Under the pieces are notes generated by a model, which searched no databases, had not been told where the DNA came from, and was given only the letters and a program-made list of their open reading frames with translations. Shown here piece by piece: positions 38,001 through 51,019 of a DNA stretch of 64,000 nt. The stretch covers positions 8,076,011 through 8,140,010 of the forward strand of contig NW_002060945.1 in NCBI RefSeq assembly GCF_000150275.1, given 5' to 3'. A program made the translations under genes and the position numbers. The stretch is from Trichoplax adhaerens. Lineage: Eukaryota > Animalia > Placozoa. Every line of letters begins with the position of its first letter. The first letter of the stretch is position 1.

Positions 38001-41000
38001 TAAGAAACCGCAGCTCCGGTATAAGGTTGGTTCTTCCATACTTGTGATGTTCCAGTTTCAAAAAGATCATAGGCTTGATCGCCATGCATTTTAGCTACAT
38101 ATTCTAGTGCGCGACGTAATCTACAATTTTCATCCAAAGATCCCCAACGATCTGCTTCTGCTTCCCAGGTGTATGCTGCTAAAAGTACCGCTATATACAT
38201 AATAAAATTCATACTGATTAGTCTCAGACTAGGATGATCGTTTAAAACGAAGTTTATTAAGAAAATGATGCATACTCTATGTATGTCATAAACTTCACTT
38301 TTTATGGATGTAGATGAAATGGTTTAACTCGGGAACATGCAAATAAGGGATTTCTGCAAGTTTGATTAAAATATTAATTTATAGAAGTTACTATTACAAA
38401 CCTCTTTGGTCATATTTTACACTTCCAGTCGGATAATAAATCGCTCGTAAAGGAAGATCTGTTGTTGAGCCACCTCCATTAATGATGCCGGTTTGATTGA
38501 ATTCAGCTGCAACCTAAATAGTAACATTAAAAATGATAGGTAAAGAGCTAAATCTTCATATTTCCTACGAACAACTTTATAAACGCTTAGGACCTAAATT
38601 TGCAAATGTATTATAAGAAACTGAGAAAGATTTGTAGAAACTAACCAAAGGATTTGGCTTAACCCAGAACGCTTTACGAAATTGTAGTAAAATTTTTGTT
38701 GCACTGATGTAATGAAACTCTCGGATAGATTGCCTTTTGGCCGGAGAAAATGGAGGATCAGTAAGAACATCTCGTAAGACGGTGAAGGGCAATGTAATCA
38801 AGACAAAATCGAAGGTGAGTTTCTTTTTATAGGAGTTTTGAACGGTATATTCGACGGTAGCTAGACTGTCTGATTGCTTAATGCTACGAACCAGTGCGCC
38901 AAATATTAAGTTGTCTTTTAAATCTAAATTTAATTAAGATATCACAGAGAGTGCTCCTTTAGTTAAAATTTGCAACCTACATAGAATTATTAAATTATAA
39001 TTGCCATTGTAAAATACCCTTATACGCGCACAAAGAAAGGACGATCGAGTGATAACTAAGTCATTTTATCCCATGACAGAATTACATACGGTAATTGATT
39101 AGTTATATTCATAAGTTCAGATAAACTGAACTTTATTTACAGCCTAAATTGAATCACTTAAGATTGAGACTCATTTGCATCAGCTAAATTATATGATTTA
39201 TAGTTTAGATTTCATAAGTTCTTGTAACCTAAAGTTTAACAGCCTAATTTGAAGAACTTAAAATTCAAATTCATCGGAATCAGCTAAATCAAAAACTTAT
39301 TGTCTAGATTACATAAGTTCATATAACCTGAACTTTAACTGTCTAATTTGAATTATTTAAAATTTAGACTTATTTATATCAGCTAAATTATATAATTTGT
39401 TGTTTAGATTACATGCATTCATATAACACAGTGGTGCAATATACTTTACCAATCGAGTAGTAGTTAGATAAAATTTAGGCTCGCTTAAGTTAGCTATCAA
39501 ATTTATCATATGGCTATGAATGCATAATGTTCAAACTTTTGCTATTATAGCATAATAAGCACCCCTATCTTTCTAATTCTTTTACCAATAGATTTTCAAT
39601 ATGTTAAATGAAAAAATACTTACGTTTATAGAATGCAGATGGTAGAGCATCAGTACCGTTCATTACTTGATGTAAGTGGCTTCTAGGTAATCCACGATAA
39701 AGATTGTCGGAATCATTCTTTGGATATGAATAATAGGCATTATCGCTCCAAAATTGCCCAACATAATCCTAATATCAATAGCATAATAAAGCTTAAAATT
39801 TAGAAAATTATTTCTATTAATTTTGAAATGATATAAACGCATTCATATCTCAAAATAGGTCAAACTGTAATGCACTGTAGATATTTTGTAGCAACAATGA
39901 TCACCAATCAATGGTCTAATTAGGTAGATGAAAACTCTCCCTCTGTAAATTTCTCACGTTTATACTTTCTTTTATATCGTATCATATATATTAAAAAGTG
40001 AACATTGGTTTATTGTTAAGGCACCTTAAAATACTCGATAAAACCAATATCCAAAAAGTTTTCTTGATTAATAACCACGGATAGGAAAGTAATATAATTT
40101 TTTGACCACATCAAGGATTCCAAAAATGTTCTGGTTGAGTATTGGTCATATTTCTGCATCATATGTTCCCATCCTATTTGCACATGTCAAAATGTGTTAA
40201 TTCGATTAATTATGATAGCAGTGAGTTAATGTTAGTAATCATCAATGTAAATCGTATATCTAGCATCAAGTGTGAATCAAACAACATTACCGCATAATTC
40301 TAATTCTTTGATTTGCGATTTCATCGCATCTTCAAATCGTTTAACAGGCCATATGCATTCTTTTGATTCGACGTTAAAATCAGCACATAGCTTCATGACA
40401 ACATCGTGCCGGTAATCTAAATATCCATTAAATAACGATGGATTGTTAGAAGGCTTCTGATCCTTGATGATATTATGTTAAAATATAGCATAATATAGTT
40501 ATTTCTGCTAAAGTTGTGTGTTCATCAAAGTAATTTGATTTATTGCACAATTGACTGTTTTCCAATAGTGGATTAGTCAAATGTTGCATGTAGTTCATAC
40601 TGTATAAATTGAATAAACGGCTTATACTTAACTAGTAATCACTTAATAAAGTATTGGGATGGGACTTCTTTAGAAGTTGTATTATATTTAATTAACCTAG
40701 AATTTGAATAGCTGTACTTTACGGTTTATTAAGGGCAAGGACAAACTCATGATGGACATACAAAATTTTGATACTATAGACGGAGCCAATTATACGTGCC
40801 ACAGGATACTTGTTGTCTACATTTTATACGCTTTCATTTCTTATGCTAATTTTTCTAGTTACCTTTGGTTTTCCAATTAAAAATCTTTTTTGGATAGGGC
40901 CTGCTTCTACCATCTTTACTGGTAAAGTAGTATAAAGATTCAGGTCCGGCTGTTGTAAAGCTGTTCCAACTCAAACCCATTTCTTGCAAATAAGCAAAAG

Positions 41001-44000
41001 TAAGGTAATGAGATGGAGGGAAACGCATTGGTCCTGCTTCGCCGTGTAAATGATCCTGATTGTGCATGGAAAGGATGTTTTAAAAAAATTTTATTTAAAA
41101 ATAAATTCTTCCTCTACTTATTCGGTAATTAATCGTACATACTATTAATAATAAATAGACTTGGTAAGATTTTTATAATAGTCGAAAGAGATTATGAGGT
41201 TACAAAACGAAATAACACATGAGAAAAGAAATGAAATGTGCCAAACATATTTCGAATTGAATTTGTTCCAAGAGATTCATTATATAGCAAAGCTTTCGAT
41301 AAGAGTTGCTACAATTTTTAATATTTTCTATTTTAAAGTGTTAAAATAATGATAGACTTACCGAGAAAATTTCACTTCGGAATGTTTTGGCTCTGCCTCC
41401 GATTCTTTGTGTGGCTTCTAGAATAGCTATGTCGTAGCCAAGGCGTTTTAATTCATATCCAGCAACCTACGGAATAATATGACAGGCAATGATCATACTA
41501 TCACAATTAGCAATATTTGAATACATATGAGTAGTTGTAATTATCTAATGTCAAGATTTAAGGAGATAACAGAATTTTAATATCAGCTAAGGTATTTCCA
41601 AGGCTAATTTGGCTTTTATTTTATTTATGCTCTATAGGTTAGGACTGAACACTTACCAAGCCCGACATACCAGCTCCAACGATTCCGATTCTGACTTTTC
41701 TTGTCACTTTCTTCATATTGCTTTTATTTCTGACAATTCTTAGTAGACATTCTCGAAATCGACTATCTTCGGTATGGGATTCCTTAACGAAGGTGTTGAA
41801 TTTCTTGGTAGAGCCTTTACATTGTTCTTTAGTGAACCTATTTATTGAGAAAGATATGGCTATAGTGCAAATGTAGTAACTGCTTAAAGATAATTAATTG
41901 GAGCTAAGGTATTGTCATATTTTTGCTTCTTTAGATTGCTTTGATACTTCCATGTTGTTATAATAATTATAAATGGTTTAGATATCGCTAATCATTTTAT
42001 ACTGTTCTTTAGAAGTTTAGAACTTATCGCAGAAATGAGTTGGAGCAAAGCAATATTTTAACGCCATTAGTCGTTGTATGCTACACCCTTACTGGTATTT
42101 ATCATAGCCTTCCCAATGCTTGCCAGGCGGAGAGTTTTCGACGTTATATAATACTGGTTCAGGTCCAGCAAGGTAATCTGCATCAACATTGCTGTAATAA
42201 TTTAAGATAGCACTACAGTTATAATCATTTCCACCATTACAGTACCTGCTAATTTATTTTTAATAGTGACGAAATTATTAAGTCCAATTTGCTTTGTATA
42301 AAATCTTTCAAAATTGTCAAATTATGAATATATTCAGTATCAACAATAAACTACAAATCGATATTACCAAGATTGAAATTTGATATTATTACATTAGAAA
42401 ACATGTGACGAGTTCAAAATGCCAAAGATAATTTTCAAAGATAGAAAGAGCTTTACTTACTCGAAATCGCATTGTTTTTGTTCTGAATTATTTTCCGCAG
42501 TAGCATAAACTGCAATCTGTAAGTAGAATATCTATCTTAGCCATTGACTCCATTATCCAATGTAAAGACTCCTTTCAATAGTAAGTAGAATTTGGCATAG
42601 ACCATGTTTATTCAAAATGAATAATCATTTGAGCTTGACTATTCGTTCTTTAAGGGTAGTTAATTCATCTTGTATGCCCCCCTCTACATTACTAAAAGAA
42701 AATCAAAACTAGAAGACTAACTCTATTATGATTACCGATATTCAAAGTAAAAGTAATACTGCAAAGATCTTGTTAATACACTAGCATAGGCCGAGCATGA
42801 TGAAAATATATAAATTGACGTGCTGTTATGGTTGTACCTATGTCCTGATCAACTCATTTCTCAAAAGAGCAAATGCTTACTACGTGCTTTTAGCTATTGC
42901 TTTAGCTAGCTTTTGCACAGCATTTGCGATAATTGTTGAAATAGCTACTGTAAAGTATAATGTATGGCACGTGCTTTGACATTTTAAGACGGCAGTCATT
43001 TTTTTAAAAAACCCAACTAGACACTTTTAAGGCCTCAGCTATCAATACCATGTTGCAAAATACAAGTAATGATCACATTTTTAGTCGATACCGTACGATT
43101 ATTGGCATAAAAGTCCTTGAACTGAAGCAATTGATCGTCTTAAATTAGTCCTTTTTAAATGTTCAATTCTTGTAACATTATAGATAAGTTCAAATATTGA
43201 GAGCCGTATATAAATGGTGAAATTAAGGTATCGGCCGTTTATATTACACTAGCCGTTACAGTATCTAGTTCCAATATTCAACAATCATATTATGGCCAAT
43301 CTTAAGGAATGTCCGGTCAATCCTAGATATTCCAAGGCAGTAACCATGTGTCTGTTCTAGACATTGCTATTTGCGTTGTCTTACAACGAACAGCACAAGA
43401 GGATTAATTTCGTAGAAAGAAAAAACATGTTTATTGTGAGATTAAAATTGAAATCTCGCGCGTAGATATAAATGTTGCCGTCAGTCCAAAGATTGACCTA
43501 CTATTCCTATGGAATTACTTGTACATTCCTTGGGATTGTTTAATTGTAAGAATTGACAAAAATAATTCAAATGTTCGCTGATCAAGATCAATATTTAAGG
43601 TTTAAATTACTGTAATATTTAATTAAATTAATCGCCTATTCTGTCGAAATACAAATGTTTTACACTATCGAGGTAAAGTACATTCGCTTTATAGTAGGCT
43701 AATTTTTAATGTCACTAGGACGAAAGGTCTACAATATCCTCTATTCATTTATTGACTTTTAATGGACAACACTAAACTTTAGAATAATTTACCTATCAAT
43801 TCATCGGTTAATACTCAAATTTATAGTATTTTAGAAATAGCAATAAACGCTCGATTTGCAGAAAGTAGGATAGACAGAAAACCCTTAGAGAAGCCTAAAA
43901 TCTTAGCAGAATAAACAGCTATTTCGGTACTACCTCGTAGTACCATAATTAGCTCTTTAATTAAGTTTCAAGGGATTTCATGTAAATTTGACTAAAATTG

Positions 44001-44872
44001 CGCCCAAATAGATCCTTAAAACCTTGTGCAATTAAGATTGAATGTTTTTTATTTAATTTTTACTGCAGTATTGAGTTACTTTATCCTTTATCAAATTTCT
44101 AATATTAACCCATCAGTGATCAATATACGATCGATTCAAACAGTAAACAAGTCACGTACTAAAATGGTTTAACCTTAACAGGAAGTTAAAATCATTTTAT
44201 TACATGCTTTCTAGTATAAATAACGTACGATGTGACCCAATTATTTCGAAAGTTATTAGTGATTCTATTGTGCTATTTCCTCGGATTTTTATTAAGGAAT
44301 AGGTTACCAAATAACACTGACTTAGAGCAAAACATCGGATCGATTCATTTTGTAGCGCCTTAGTTGACGATCATTTAAGATGAGGAATATGCCATGAAAG
44401 ATTAATTTGATATCGTATAATCATTAAAAATTAAAATCGGGGTGCGAAGAAATAAACAAGAAAGAGTTAAGCCCTATATATTCAATTGAGAACTACCGCA
44501 CAGAGTTGACAGGAAATTATCCAATTAGTTTATAAGCCGTATGGCGCTAATATCATATTATAACCAAGTGGATTTTGAATTTATATTATTATTAATTAAT
44601 ACCCACTTAAATCTTGGCTAATAAAGATAGACGTGCTTTTACTGATACACAGTAGCTCAGGCACTAACTTTAATGATTTGCAGTTTATGTGTAATATAGC
44701 CAATTTTGAAGGTCTGAATTATATTGGTTTGATCTTTCTATTGTACTGTATATCCAAAACTACAGTAATCAAGCATATTTCGATGTATTTGTAAAGCTTT
44801 ATTTTATTGTATAACGATATGTAGCTTACTTACCACAACAACCAGCAAGAATAGGATAGTCTTAGTTGACAT
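35062..44872 (-). CDS. Secreted L-amino-acid oxidase-like flavoprotein with C-terminal cupin-containing extension, multi-exon
   Basis: Signal peptide MSTKTILFLLVVV|IAVYATA. FAD motif RIGIVGAGMSGLVAGYEL, then ILEATQRIGGR, EAGPMRFP, FDFVLITLPF, YISATKILLQFRKAFW, GGGSTTDLPLRAIYYP, LLAAYTW, FFAGEHTSFTHFWIQGAIQSALRA. There is no stop after the oxidase domain, and four further in-phase exons run to DISPLK* at 35062. Confidence 0.85.
39108..39428. repeat. Diverged tandem repeat, ~3 copies of ~100 bp, in an LAAO intron
   Basis: cataagttc...ctaatttgaa...atcagctaaat...tagatt recurs at ~39110, 39213 and 39313, with a partial copy at 39412. Confidence 0.8.
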
Positions 44873-45811
44873 CTTTATTTGCTACCAGCTATAGGATGGT
44901 AATAGCACTACTTTAATCACGCTTGACCAAAAGTTACGGCGTCGTTTGAAATATTTAAATATCTCCAATCTGCAATAATATTCAATTATTTCAAATGAGA
45001 GTTGAAAAATTTAAAGTTCAAAGCAGATTTTTGTTTTAATCATAATATTGATCAATTTATTATATACGATCATTATAGGCGGTGGAAAATATCTGAAAAA
45101 GAGTTCTATACGCATAAAGATACAGTTTGAGTGATGGCAACATTAATTTTTATAAGAACAAATTCTCCGCACTCATCAGCACTTACTTATAATTCGAACT
45201 ATATTTTAGTTATAAGATAATGTTTGCATATAGAAAGAAAGTGATGCTATTAAGGAGGGTTGATGCTCATTATTAGAGAATTCAATTACTGGAGTGTGTC
45301 GACACTTACCGAAGCCAATTAATGTAATTTCGTTAAGGTGAAGCCAATCTAAGACTATCTTAATAAGAAAATTTGCAAAGGTTACTCAGTAAACTAATTT
45401 ATTTTTTTTTATCAGTTTATAAATAGCTAGAGAAACTGTAAAGAAATTAGGAAGATTCTATCGCTTCCAGACTTCTCTAGCGAGGTTTGTTCTGCTATGA
45501 GGACAATCACTAGCAGAGCTTTAAATATATGCTCGGACTGCTTGTTTATTCTATTTCAAGATTTCGCAGCGCAGTTTCCGAGACTCATTACCATAATTAT
45601 TTTCGGTATATTGTATAATATTGGATCCCTTAAATGCATGAAGATTCGCATCAACAAATTTTCGGTTTAAAAAATTTAACGAACGATGGCTGTATACGCT
45701 TAAGCTTTAGCTATAGGTCTACAGCTTTAAACGTGACTGCAAATCATGTGGACGTCATGCTGAAACCTTTCTGATGCAATCAGACAGTCTTCTATATTTA
45801 TTTATCTAGTC

Positions 45812-45833
45812 TATATATATATATATATATATA
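45812..45833. repeat. (TA)n microsatellite
   Basis: tatatatatatatatatatata. Confidence 0.9.
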
Positions 45834-47484
45834 CAGTACAATTATCTGATCAATTGTAGGTTAGAAAGATCTAGATACGTGTATACATGTTCTATTAGTG
45901 TTTGGTGGACATTGTTGTTACCGTACACTATAAAGTAATAACGAATTAGACTTGTTCATTTAAAACTAATTCTTAATAGTTATTACTATAAGTAATATCG
46001 ACTACACCATCAAAATTAAGTCTATGAATCATACTTGTATAAGATCATGACTAAAAAATTGAGGAGTTATTATGCTACCGTAGTTTAGGGTAAACCAGAG
46101 AATAAATCATGAAATCATATATTAGCCACATGAGGTCGGTCTATGCTATGGAATGTTGGTAAATTTTATCTATTCTTTCATAAGGTGTCACGTAATAATA
46201 TTTCAAAAATCTCGATATTGAACTTTGCTCCAACTGTTTTAGGAAAGATAACTTCCTATCATTTGATTAAGGATTTAATAATTGGTCTTGATTGCGCAAA
46301 AACTGGTAAGAGTAGCGCGTTTATTTTAATACGGATAGGAATAGAGTTGCTGTAGATAATGTTCACAGCATGAAAAACAAAGATAGGGAAAAACATCAGT
46401 TATACCTTATTAAAAAAGAAAACTCGTATTAGGCCGTAGAATCACTATATTGGCAGAAATCATGCATACGGGATAGTTTCAGTAATTAGCGCATTATATC
46501 GAATAGATGGCATCTTCATACGTTTCTTGTACATTGGAATGAACATAAATTAAAAATCTTGCGAAAAATTCCCATATGTCTACTCGTATAAATAATAAAA
46601 TTGTGCATTTTTAAATAAAAACGTAATTTATTAAATTTGTTGTAATAAAATCAAGGTTACAACAACACGATTTAATTCAAAGAGTAATTTTGGTTATGTT
46701 AAATTATTGATAGTTCAAGCTAGATGACGACAGTAATAAGCCTACGATGACCACATGCCTCATGGTTGCATGAGTAAGTTATAAATTTTTATTTCATTTA
46801 AGAATACGTCCGCATACCATAAAGCATAGACAGGAAAATTCTACATTTTCAAAACAACAGAGGGAGATATTTTATAAATGTTTCCCGCCTATATTATTAT
46901 CAATTTTCTGGCTTGATCGTTGCTAGGAATCAAAGTTCATAGATTCATTTTATTATCATTTGTCGTACTAAGCCACATAGCGACAGAATACCGCATCAGC
47001 AAAATAAGATCGATAAAATTTTTACAGCAAGCTTTAAAATTCACTTTATTATTTTCAAAGTAAAGTTGATGTAGTATTCCGAGCATAAGGCGATAGATTA
47101 TAAAGCAGAATTACTAATTTAATTATGGTGATTATTTTACATCTTGAAAGCCAATAAAAGCATAAATTTCGTAGAGGCAATTGATGGTATTGACAGCAAA
47201 TAAAATTACCTGCATATACATGTACTGTATGTACATTTTCGTGCTTATATTTAATTTTTACCGCCAGTCTGAACTGATATTATTCCCGCTTCAGAAGTTC
47301 TTGAAAAATTTTTTGTACTAACATTGAAATATATACAAGAATAAAACCTTCAAGTAATATAATCACCAACCTCCATTATAATTAGATTACGGCTATCACT
47401 TTCCAACTAACATGACATTATCGAAGGAATAAACGATGTGTTTACAGTTTGGCAATCTGGCATCTACTTGAAGATGTATCTTTG

Positions 47485-50400
47485 CTATCGTTTCTTATAT
47501 ACACATGGTTTCAATAAGGATAAATTAGCTACTTCAGTATTACTTTTCTTTAGCTGTTTTGATACTTCAACGAACTGGAAGCGGATAAACATTTTCGATA
47601 ATACAAGCTAGAATAGATATAAAACAAAATATGATAAATTTTTATAAATTGATACACTTCTTTGAATGCCATAGATTAAACAATACTGATTCGTATAACC
47701 TGTTCTACCCTAATAAAGATAGAATATATCGAACAGAATATACCTTCTCCTTTAATTTAAATCCAAACATCGATAAAGAACGAACGAATCTAGCTTCATG
47801 CTCAATCCTACTTAGAACTTCCGCAATTAGGAGGATTCCTCTATACGAAAGTGTAATTTTCGGTAAGGCATATAACAGTTAATTATGCTGACAGAAATGG
47901 TGTTTGATTAATTATCCATCTACCCTGGTTTAAGTATGCGCTTTGCTTCTTTAACATAATCTAGTAAATTGGTGCCCATAAGAGCCAAACAAAAGACGAC
48001 CATATCCACATGAGCATCCTCTAGCGGCGTCTTAAAAGTTGGCAAAAATTTAAAATTAGCATTTCTTATAGCATCTAAAGACGGTATCACCATACTGTTA
48101 TATTAGCTGCTGATTACACTGCTTTATCGTCTACTAGTAACTCTAAAGCCAATGAAAGGTAAATATCAACCAGATAGCACAGTTTTAGAAGTTATACTGT
48201 GCATATCGTATTACTGTAGATCGAAGTACTAATTTACTATACCGTGTGCATCATTTTAACTGTAGTCTACATACGTTTGCCATATCGCAAGCAATGATGT
48301 GGTCGGCGCGAGAAGCTAAGTCAATAGAATAGACTTTATTTGGAACTGACTGAGCCAAGCGACCTTCGCCACAACCTAAATCGGCAATAATTAAGTCTTT
48401 GGATCTAATAGAAGAGGTGGAGTTCAAAAGTATCAGGTTAAATTAAATACTTCCTTATGTATGAGCAGCAAATACTATATAAGATTATGTATAACCAGCC
48501 ACCCAAAAAAGCTCTCGGCCGGCGAATATATTCAGAGATTCTAAGTAAAGTAATATTAAAGCATATACAGTACGAGTATAATCTCCTAGGGATGTTAATT
48601 GTACGTGAGCATTTTAATACCATATAATAATTAAATCGGGCGTATAAAATATGCCGTGCTACCCAATATGCATCGTATCAACTTTCCATTTTAAATATCT
48701 TACTTTTAATTCCTAATATCGAAGTACGTATACGAGTATACAGTATTTTTGTTAATTTTAAGAATTTTCTTTTGAAAGTTACACACGTGCAAATAGATTA
48801 CACAAGTTGGTCATGGTTGCTTCTACTTCAACCACTGAATTTTAACGAAAGAATTTATTATTGTAGAAATGATTCAGTGCACGTAAGACTTGCACGCACT
48901 TTGGTATTAAATACATGCATGATGCTACCACAATCGTTCACTGGATCTTTCTTCAAACAAAGTAATTTGAGCAGAACTACCACCATGCATGAAAACAGTT
49001 ACTTGGATTTTATAGAAAAATTAGGCTACTAATGCACTTCCTCAAGCATTAAGTATTCGATTTATCTAGATTGTCTCTACAAATACCCGTCTCTTATAAA
49101 GGATTTATTTATTCATTCACTTTTTTTCAGGCCTATTTATTTTAGAGCAACTTTATGACGATATAAGATAAATCGAACATGGCTCAATATTATACCAATA
49201 CAAATGGTGTATTGTAGATATGCAGTAAAGTACATACTATAGAGTAAACGGCATGCATTCACTTCAAGCTTTTTAACCTAATAAACATTTCATATTGTAA
49301 TGTTGTATCATTGATTCGAAAGCACTATATCGAGAGCAACAGATTAGCTTATAAGTGTACTTGGGCTGGTCTTTTGACTTGGTGTGCAGAGGTCTGGCCC
49401 AAAGTGCATCTTCTTTTCTAACTGTCGGTAATTTCAAGCTAGTACAAGTAGTGAAAGTTATGTAGCTACTGATTTTGCATGCACTATACTAATGCAGTAA
49501 CAAATGCACCTACTCCTAAGCAAATTACCCATGATGTTCCAGCTAGGGTACGTTTATTCAGTTCATGGCATTACCTACGATGCTAATCTATTGCAATGTC
49601 AATCCTGAGCATGCTAGGCTACAGTATAGTGGTGTGCTTATCTCATGTCAAGGACTGGTACTAAAGGATAAATATCTTTTAGTAGGGGAAATTACAAAGT
49701 GTTGCAAATGTTTGGACTGGACTTTTGACTTGGTCTACAGAGGTCTGGCCCCAAAGTGCATCTTCTTTTCTAACTGTCGGTAATTTCAAGCTAGTACAAG
49801 TAGTGAAAGTTAAGTAGCTACTGATTTTGCATGCACTATACTAATGCAGTAATAAAATGCACCTGCTCCTAAGCAAATTACCCATGATGTTCCAGCTAGG
49901 GTACGTTTATTTTTAGTTCATGGCATTGCCTACGATGCTAATCTATTGCAATGTCAATCCTGAGCATGCTAGGATACAGTAAAGCGGTGTGCTCATCTTA
50001 TGTCAAGGACTGGTACTAAAGGATCAATATCTTTTAGTAGGGGAAATTACAAAAAGCAAATGTTTGGACAGAAGGTGAGCATAGTACCGTGCTGTATCAT
50101 ATTTCGATGAGATGCAGTCTTCATCATGCTCTAGTCAAAAGGGTATAGCAGTCAAAGATGCAGTCTTCATCATTCTCTACTCAAAAGGGTATAGCAGTCA
50201 AAGATGCAGTCTTCATCATGCTCTAGTCAAAAGGGTATAGCAGTCAAAGATGCAGTCTTCATCATGCTCTACTCAAAGGGTATGGCAGTCATCATCTCGG
50301 ATGGTAATGTCTATCTCACCTATTTCTGATGAAATCGATGATGTTATCCAACGGATTGATAGGCCATTTATCAACCTGAGTTTGGAATCCAGAATGATAA

Positions 50401-50858
50401 ATATCAAAGAGATTGGGATCACTTTTAAACATATGAAACGCTTCCAATCCTTTGATAGTATAGAGTTTCTCATTGACCCAGCGAAATCTTCCAGCTTGTA
50501 GTCTCTGAGCAAACTTATTATTTCCTTGTGTTTGGTATTGACCTGAGCCAACCTTGGTGTCTTTGCTGGTTGCTTGTACATTAGATAGACCTACACCATT
50601 TGCATGCAACTTGTCCATCTCCGATCGCTTACTGTTGTCTGACAATTTGACCTGAACTGGTGTGGACTTTAAGGGATCGGTATACAGTGGACAAGCCTTG
50701 ACCCTCTTTTCAACATTAGCAAGCATCTTCTTGTTCCTCTTATCCCTTATTCTCTTTCTGAAATGATTCCATTGCTTGCCTGTTAATTTCTTGAATAGTT
50801 GGAATTCTGCATAGGAATAGCGATTTTCATCACCCCGACGGTGATTTAAGGATAGCAT
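47485..50858 (-). CDS. RRP8: Ribosomal RNA-processing protein 8 / nucleomethylin (SAM methyltransferase), 5 coding exons
   Basis: [86 protein letters not shown], and the C-terminus LKPCVYKKR*. The start codon is uncertain. Confidence 0.94.
49361..50069. repeat. Head-to-tail tandem duplication, 2 x ~350 bp, in RRP8 intron 1
   Basis: cttttgacttgg...aaagtgcatcttcttttctaactgtcgg...agtaggggaaattacaaa occurs at ~49361-49711 and ~49712-50069, with scattered substitutions and small indels. Confidence 0.95.
50111..50291. repeat. Minisatellite, 4 x 46 bp, in RRP8 intron 1
   Basis: gatgcagtcttcatcatgctctagtcaaaagggtatagcagtcaaa starts at 50111, 50157, 50203 and 50249. Confidence 0.95.
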
Positions 50859-51019
50859 TGGCAATGGAGGGATTTGCAGACGATAGCGTTATTCGCTTCT
50901 TCTGCAGATTTCCTGTGCTCAATATCAAGGCAAATTTTGTACACAACCCGATCAGCTGGAAGAGAAATTCTCTTCTACTGTAAGTCGGTATAGTTGCTAT
51001 AGACATGTCGCGAAATTCA

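Noticed and set aside
37815-38085. Apparent frameshift or premature stop in the LAAO gene
   Set aside because: It is resolved by a phase-1 intron from the GTGAGT donor near 37955 to the acceptor near 37814, giving NSYSRERRCFFAGEH.
49361-50069. LTR pair or transposon in RRP8 intron 1
   Set aside because: The copies abut head-to-tail with no internal sequence, terminal inverted repeats, target-site duplication or coding remnant that I could see.
50111-50291. CRISPR-like array
   Set aside because: The units are contiguous with no unique spacers, there are no cas genes, and the array lies in a eukaryotic intron.
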